A stretch of DNA of 63,975 bases, filler included, from Craspedostauros australis (lineage: Eukaryota), in assembly GCA_030167865.1 (NCBI GenBank). It is 5 parts of 5 records of this genome, joined end to end, with 100 filler letters (N's around TTAATTAATTAA, not from the genome) between each part and the next. Parts side by side here need not be neighbours in the genome. Positions count along the whole stretch, not along the records: positions 41,281 to 62,637 come from JALAGF010003663.1; positions 62,738 to 63,975 come from JALAGF010003812.1; 3 more parts are not named here. One strand, 5' to 3'. The notes under the pieces were generated by a model that worked only from the letters and a program-made list of their open reading frames with translations, ran no database searches and was not told where the DNA came from. This document shows, piece by piece, positions 58,938 through 63,975 of the stretch. The position numbers were made by a program, and so were the translations under genes. The stretch's first letter is position 1. Each line of letters starts with the position of its first letter.

Positions 58938-61763
58938 CTAATCCGCCGTTTCGATGCGCGCCTGCAATTGATAAGGATCCACCGTTCCATCGGAGCCGAA
59001 TTGGATTTCGCAGCTCACGAAATGGGTGGGTGTGTCTGCTGCCTGTTCTGGGATAAGCACGGCCTCTTCCAGCAATCGGACGAGCTGGTGGTGGTTGCCC
59101 GTTTTCGTCGATACGCTGGGCACGCCGTCGCACAGATCGTAATCGACCCACACCAGCACCGCATGGCAGATGCCGCTGTTGCAAATGGGATGCTTGCGTT
59201 GGCCGTCATGCTCTCTCGCGCTGCTCTCGTTGTAACCCAGCCGAGCAATTTCAAATGATTCGGACAGTTGGCGAAAGTCGTACTCGTTGACAACGGGCAA
59301 CGACAATTCGCGACTGTAGTTGTCACCAAATGCATTGACGGTGGCATGCCGGAAGCCTTGCAGCGGATTTGCACAGTGTCGGTAGGATCTGTGCAGTTGC
59401 GTGGATTCGATTGCACATGCGTACACCACCGCGGCTCTTGGCACAACGCGTGCGTTGGATAACAAACCGCGCCGTCGCATGCCATGGATGAGGTAATGCA
59501 AATTCAACGCCTCGACCAGATGCCAGCCTTCCAACACTGCGTAGTACGGTTCGGCGACCACCAAGTTGATGGACGTCCCGCTGTCGTTAGCCACCACTTG
59601 GCTGGTGAGGTGCTCGGCCTGGCATTGCACGATCTGGTAGTCGTGCTGTTGATCCACGGTTGGCCCTGCGCCCGCGCCCAAGCCTACGCCATCGTTGTTG
59701 TCGGATGGTGATGCTGCGAAGGCCGACGCCGGCAACGGCAGGCTGTTCCCAAGCTGAGCGATGCGGGCTGATGTGAATGGCAAATCACCCGAGCTGGATT
59801 CCAGCGACGTTACGTAGTTGGCCCCGAGCAACGATGCCATCATGCCGCAGAGCCCCATGTCCGAAACGTCCAGGACGACGGAGGGTTGCTCCTGCTTCGT
59901 GTGAATGTCATCGAGGGTATTCTTGATGGCTGTTTGAAACAGCTGGAGTCTATGCGTATCATTCAGCTGCATTGCTCGATAGGCAGAGATCAGAGTGTTG
60001 CACTGCGGTGGAACCGCCGGATCTTCTTTTGGTTCTGGTATCGTTGACAAAACGGAAGATTTGCTTGATGTATTCGCGATACCATCGTCTTGCGATGTCC
60101 GCGGTCGTTTGATGGACGGCTCCTCAGCAGCAGGATCGTGATCACGTTCTTTTGGTGTCGATGCAGGGATATATGGAACCGCATCCGGCTTGCTCTCCTG
60201 ATCTGCCGCATGCACCAGTCCTCGATGTGTTGGGTCGCGACTGTCTGTGCTATCTGCAACCTCAAACCATATTCGTGAATCGTCGTGAAATGAGGTCAAC
60301 CGCAGCGGTTCTCCCTTCACGATGTACTTTACTTTGGGGAGGACAAAAATGCATGGTTGCCAGTGATCCTGCCAGCTGCCATCGTTGGCATGGCATTCAT
60401 GAGGATTGATCGAGTACGTGATGGCCGAATTTGTATCATTCTGTACCGTCGTCGAGTCTTGCTGGAATAAATCCAATTCCCACCAAAATAGCACAGCTTG
60501 CACGGCACCAGATCCAGTCGCGGTGATTGTGTGACGTGCCTGCCTGCCATCGGTCGTTGGAATGTTCTCGGGAGATGTCACGTCAATCTGCAGAACTTCC
60601 ATTGGTTGTGATAAGCATCGGATCCGTTTGGAGTGATAGATCAGATGACCGGCATGCAGAGGATGGTGAAAACCTCCCGTGCCACCGCGCAGCATCGATG
60701 ACCCACCATCTGGTGATTGTGATGTGCGCAGCTGAAATTTCCGATCCCCCACAAAGCCAGGCAGACGGTTGTCATGCGGTCCCCACAGGCTGCGAATGTA
60801 TCCTGCACCTTCTTGCGACAGTGACTGCACCGTATCTTCCACGAGCTGCGCGTAAACACGAGCGCGTTGGGGAACGACGATCGCGTTGCGGTGCAAGTGC
60901 CTGGCCCACGCATCCCGCATGGCTGGTATCCAACCTTCACCCAACAGACCGCTCTCCAACAGCTCAGACGTGCAGATGTGCGCTTGTGGAATCATTGCAG
61001 GAATCTCACATGAATGTCCTTCCTGGACAGATATCCCGTCCGCCTCCAGTTCATTTTCTTGCACCGTCTGTCGTGCAATCTGTGCCATCTCCGAGAACAT
61101 GTCGTACGACCGGACTTTGGCTGGGAAGATTGTCGCATGGCCGCGTTCGCGTCCAGGCTGTGCCGAACCTGGAACCGCATTCGTTAGGTATCTGTGGACA
61201 AGCATGGCAAGGAGTCCGGTTCCACTACCAATGTCCAAAGCAATCAGTTTCGGAGCAGGCTCAGTATCGGCCTCTCCCTGCTCTTCTGATTCTGCGCGTG
61301 TTCCTGCCTCTCTCACATCGCCACATGCAGTCATTTGCTGAACCTGCCTGCAGGCCATTCGGATGGCATCTTCGTACTGAACGTTGCGCCGGTGGTCATT
61401 CAGCATCGGAAACATCCACAGTTTCGTCCTCAGGTGTCTGCGCAATGCGATGGATGATGGCGCTGACTGATTTTTACTCGAAGCGTGTGTTGAGCTTGCT
61501 CCGTCGTCTCTCCTCTCCGCTGCATTCAAAGCACCAGCATCATTGGGAACTGATGCCTTTGCGAAAGAAACCGCATCATTCCACATGATGCCGCCATTGT
61601 CCTCGTCGAGGCAGGCCACCAGCACCGCCTCTCTGCGTTGCTTTGCATCGTCCTTGGCGCTGTCTTCTCCATCCTCATTCTCGTTGTCCTTGTCCAGCGC
61701 AACGACCACATACTCGTTGTATCGTGCTTTCTTCAGTGCTTCGGACACTTCATCGAGACTCAT
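58938..61763 (-). CDS. PRMT7: Protein arginine N-methyltransferase 7-like (two tandem PRMT modules)
   Basis: PMLND..RN.QY, LDIGSGTGLL, SELLESGLLGEG and QDHWQ; second degenerate module MQLND..R, LDVSD, AEPYY. Start placed at MSLDEV. Confidence 0.88.
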   Translation of the reverse strand: MSLDEVSEALKKARYNEYVVVALDKDNENEDGEDSAKDDAKQRREAVLVACLDEDNGGIMWNDAVSFAKASVPNDAGALNAAERRDDGASSTHASSKNQSAPSSIALRRHLRTKLWMFPMLNDHRRNVQYEDAIRMACRQVQQMTACGDVREAGTRAESEEQGEADTEPAPKLIALDIGSGTGLLAMLVHRYLTNAVPGSAQPGRERGHATIFPAKVRSYDMFSEMAQIARQTVQENELEADGISVQEGHSCEIPAMIPQAHICTSELLESGLLGEGWIPAMRDAWARHLHRNAIVVPQRARVYAQLVEDTVQSLSQEGAGYIRSLWGPHDNRLPGFVGDRKFQLRTSQSPDGGSSMLRGGTGGFHHPLHAGHLIYHSKRIRCLSQPMEVLQIDVTSPENIPTTDGRQARHTITATGSGAVQAVLFWWELDLFQQDSTTVQNDTNSAITYSINPHECHANDGSWQDHWQPCIFVLPKVKYIVKGEPLRLTSFHDDSRIWFEVADSTDSRDPTHRGLVHAADQESKPDAVPYIPASTPKERDHDPAAEEPSIKRPRTSQDDGIANTSSKSSVLSTIPEPKEDPAVPPQCNTLISAYRAMQLNDTHRLQLFQTAIKNTLDDIHTKQEQPSVVLDVSDMGLCGMMASLLGANYVTSLESSSGDLPFTSARIAQLGNSLPLPASAFAASPSDNNDGVGLGAGAGPTVDQQHDYQIVQCQAEHLTSQVVANDSGTSINLVVAEPYYAVLEGWHLVEALNLHYLIHGMRRRGLLSNARVVPRAAVVYACAIESTQLHRSYRHCANPLQGFRHATVNAFGDNYSRELSLPVVNEYDFRQLSESFEIARLGYNESSAREHDGQRKHPICNSGICHAVLVWVDYDLCDGVPSVSTKTGNHHQLVRLLEEAVLIPEQAADTPTHFVSCEIQFGSDGTVDPYQLQARIETAD

Positions 61764-62316
61764 GGTAGTCGTGTGATGACATTGACGATGATGTCGACGA
61801 CGACGACGACGATGATGATGATAGCAGGCATGTCCACATCCGCGCTTTGCGCTCCTCAACCAGTCCCGACGGTGCATGTTTTGGCGACCCCACATGTTTG
61901 CATGGTTGTTTGTGTCGTTGTTTGCGAAAGATTTCGCGCCATTTTTGGGTGGTTTGACTGCGATCGGACGAGTCGAAGTCCGATTGCGATGAAAATATCC
62001 GAAATCGATCAAGGAGGACATCTCCTCGCCCAGCCCGCCTCCTTCAGTGGTCTTGGATCGTCTTCGGGGGACGTGCGACCTGTTCCGACGACTCCGCCGG
62101 GCCGATCGACGATGCCAACACCTTGCGTTGTGCTCCTGCGGTCTCATCCTGATGTGCGAACCACGTGCGCTTCCGCTGGCAGGTGGAGAGCCGGTGCCAA
62201 AATCGCTCTTCAACGCCACGGACAAGATTCATTGCAAAGTCGCCCAAAGCAGCGCAAGAGGCATGTCAGTCAGATATCCCTAATGACGTTTTGCTTGCGT
62301 CCGGACACTTTCTCTA

Positions 62317-62637
62317 CGTAGCATGCGTCCGGACGCAAATTGAACGCTCAGTTTGCGCCCGGACGCAAATTGGGCCAATTTGCGTCCGGACGCAAATGTA
62401 AGGTCGCCGAAAATACCACTTGTACTACTTAAGTCCCATGTTTCTCCACGATGTCCCGTGTTGCAGAAAAAAAAAACGGATTTCGCTCCGAAACCCGAAA
62501 ATGGGCTGTTTTTTTTCTGACTCCTTCGAGTAACGCATTTATTTGGCGATTTCAAAAAAAAAAACGTCGCGATGCAACACGGCGTCATTGGTCATGTCTC
62601 AGGGGTTCCTTTCCGTGCGCCTGTCTTGCTTTTCTGA
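62317..62637 (+). mobile_element. Left TIR and internal part of the same MITE-like family as 14709-15225
   Basis: TA|CGTAGC terminus, three TTTGCGTCCGGACGCAAA-type palindromes, and internal sequence shared with the copy starting at 14709. Confidence 0.75.
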
Positions 62638-62737
62638 NNNNNNNNNNNNNNNNNNNNNNNNNNNNNNNNNNNNNNNNNNNNTTAATTAATTAANNNNNNN
62701 NNNNNNNNNNNNNNNNNNNNNNNNNNNNNNNNNNNNN

Positions 62738-63330
62738 CGCTCCGCCCCTCCCCTCTGTTCGTGGATGTCTTCCCACAGTCATTCTTTGTTTTGTTTCGTG
62801 TTCGCCTGTTTCCTTGTGCTTTATCCACTCCGGAGTTGGGCTTGTCAAGTGCCTGGGCGGTCACGTCGAAGACCCTCTTTTCTGTTGTTTCCGTCACACC
62901 AGAGTTGCATTCGTGTGGTTTTCTGTTTGCGTCTGCTCATTGTCGCCAACTCGCCTTCAACACCCATGCGCATGCTACGGCCTTTTTCAGTCTCGTCCGA
63001 TGCCACATATCCGTGCGGGTGCGACACAGTGGCTACAGTCAACATCCTGCAGCCTGTGCGCACCTTCCTCGTATCGGATCTCTGCAGTACCCTGTGACTC
63101 TGCCTGTGCTTTCTCCCATGCAAATATTCCTTCCTGCTTCTATGCATGCCCAACCCCTGGCTCCGACGCCAGCAGCTATCCCATTTTTGTAGCCATTGCC
63201 TGCCTCTTTACTTTCTTGAATCTACAACAACACATGCGATTCATATAATAACTTCTAGATAACTGCTTCTCCATGGGACAAGTTCGGGTGCAGGCTGCTT
63301 TTGCTGCGTTCGACACCTCTCCAGGTTATT
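62738..63330 (-). mobile_element. Possible decayed retrotransposon RNase H fragment
   Basis: Broken frames give NGYKNGIAAG..GWACIE..GRVTG and QLWCDG, loosely like LINE RNase H motifs; several stops. Confidence 0.2.
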
Positions 63331-63975
63331 CTAATGTACTTGTAATTCGTGCTGCCTCACCGTTCTGTTTGCGATGTGAGGAATCTCTGATGTTGGACGG
63401 ACCATTCACGTGTCATACAAGCTGTGACATGTCCCATTCGGTGTGGTGTTACACCAGAGTAGTCGCAGTAATACCAAGAATAGCGCTCAGCAATACCATC
63501 GACGTCTGCAATGAGGATGCGGGTGATGCTCGTCGCTGTCGTCAAGGATGTGGTGTCGGCGGATGATGAGAATGAGGATGATGCTCGTCGCTGTTGCCAA
63601 GGCTGTGGTGTCTGCGAATGATGAGGATGCAGGTGAGGATGGTGTGTTGGCAAGTTCCGCGCACGGTAACCTACGATCGTGGAAGATGGTGTTGGTTGAT
63701 AGTCGTTCGTTTGCTATTTCATTACTTGGCTACTCNNNNNNNNNNNNNNNNNNNNNNNNNNNNNNNNNNNNNNNNNNNNNGCTTCAATCTGTTTCGTAGA
63801 TTCAGTCTCCGACTATGAGTCGGTACGCGAGATACTCTCTCGCTTCTCTCTCTCTGTATTCTCTCTCTCTCTCTCTCAACATCGTGTACTCGTCGTGCAC
63901 GATACTCCGTGTTCGATACGTACTCCGTATTCAACACTCCGTTCATTCAGTACTGGCTCCTACTCCATGAGTACT

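Noticed and set aside
57591..61763. Two adjacent methyltransferases as a functional cluster
   Set aside because: Unrelated housekeeping families; adjacency alone is not evidence.
61764..62225. 154-aa N-terminal extension of PRMT7 in the ORF track
   Set aside because: Starts at GTG and translates microsatellite-like leader sequence (HHHRRRRRR); ATG 61763 is more plausible, though upstream in-frame ATGs exist.

Overview
Gene-dense eukaryotic DNA, most likely from a diatom (stramenopile): a eukaryotic RPS3, GT-AG introns, CA-rich 5' leaders and gene families expanded in diatoms. The species cannot be named from the sequence alone. The window is five contigs joined by artificial 100-nt spacers (N44-TTAATTAATTAA-N44). 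Contig 1 (1-14608) holds three type II membrane glycan-modifying candidates (GT61-like, a DxD-type GT-like protein, a sulfotransferase-like protein), a claudin-like tetraspan protein, an ankyrin protein and two Copia-LTR-like remnants. Contig 2 holds a MITE end, RPS3 and two tandem paralogous coiled-coil genes. Contig 3 holds a protein whose N-terminus resembles the TPP1/Est3 telomere OB fold, a large AAA_16/STAND-like ATPase, a 4.7-kb mariner-like element (TA target duplication, imperfect TIRs, DD38D transposase pseudogene, a second decayed divergent ORF) and a truncated APE-type LINE. Contig 4 overlaps contig 3 in reverse by 1660 bp and carries several hypothetical genes, a PRXL2-like protein, an EEF1AKMT4/METTL13-like methyltransferase, PRMT7 and the other end of the MITE family. 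Contig 5 is short and probably transposon debris. All family calls come from motif recognition by eye; no database search was run.
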